A DNA stretch of 64,000 nt from positions 3,038,001 to 3,102,000 of the forward strand of contig CM007991.1 in assembly GCA_002189035.1 (NCBI GenBank). The letters are read 5' to 3'. The notes under the pieces were generated by a model, which had not been told where the DNA came from, did no database searches, and saw only the letters and a list, made by a program, of their open reading frames with translations. The DNA is from Utricularia gibba (lineage: Eukaryota > Plantae > Magnoliophyta). The position numbers and the translations under genes are program-made. Below are positions 63,857-64,000 of the stretch, one piece after another. Every line of letters starts with the position of its first letter. Within the stretch, counting starts at the first letter, position 1.

Positions 63857-64000
63857 ATGGCGACGCTGCTGGAAGAGTTTCAGGTGGCGCCGCCGCCGGG
63901 CACCGCCGAAGAGGTACGCCTGCCCCTAACCTTGTTTGATCTGCCCTGGGTCCCTTTCACCCCATCCGGCGTCTTCTCTTCTACGAGATAAGCCCTTGTT
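63857..64000 (+). CDS. 5' end of a BAHD acyltransferase (malonyltransferase-like clade); frameshift at about 63952-63963
   Basis: MATLLEEFQVAPPPGTAEEVRLPLTLFDLPW, then after +1 C VPFHPIRRLLFYE, a typical N-terminus for this BAHD clade; the gene continues beyond the window. Confidence 0.75.

Noticed and set aside
16092-63954. Mass pseudogenisation of 10 genes
   Set aside because: All lesions are the same type (-1 in G/C runs), there are no nonsense substitutions or splice-site losses, and housekeeping genes are affected. Consensus error is far more parsimonious.

Overview
Gene-dense eukaryotic (eudicot plant) nuclear DNA with about 25 protein-coding genes in 64 kb. Most introns are short (about 65-100 nt), several intergenic gaps are under 500 bp, and I recognised no intact transposon. 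This points to a very compact genome, possibly Lamiales/Lentibulariaceae-like (inference only). Genes in order: 5' part of an uncharacterised gene, GET1, LAX3-like auxin carrier, a Cys-less HMA-like protein, a PLS-DYW PPR, MPK6-like MAPK, MEKK1-like MAPKKK, plastid adenylate kinase, ER HSP70-17/HYOU1, PAT1, a UBL-WLM-PUB (WSS1B-like) protease, a CCCH zinc-finger protein, a conserved uncharacterised membrane protein, NAT1, an ARM-repeat protein, a UFD1-domain protein, CYCU1;1, a Pro-rich membrane protein, a methyltransferase-like protein, a class I formin, a single B-box protein, an LRR protein, an SNM1/Apollo-like nuclease and the start of a BAHD acyltransferase. The strongest pattern is at least 12 frameshifts in 10 genes. 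Each is repaired by adding one base to a 3-5 nt G or C run, which most likely reflects long-read consensus error rather than pseudogenisation. Best biological leads: a small spliced ORF with its own site II promoter at about 45.2-45.6 kb, a MAPKKK directly upstream of a MAPK, an HMA fold lacking CxxC, two GC-AG introns, and internal duplications in PAT1 and HSP70-17. I found no convincing novel multi-gene system. All family assignments come from motifs and recalled homologue sequences; no searches were run.
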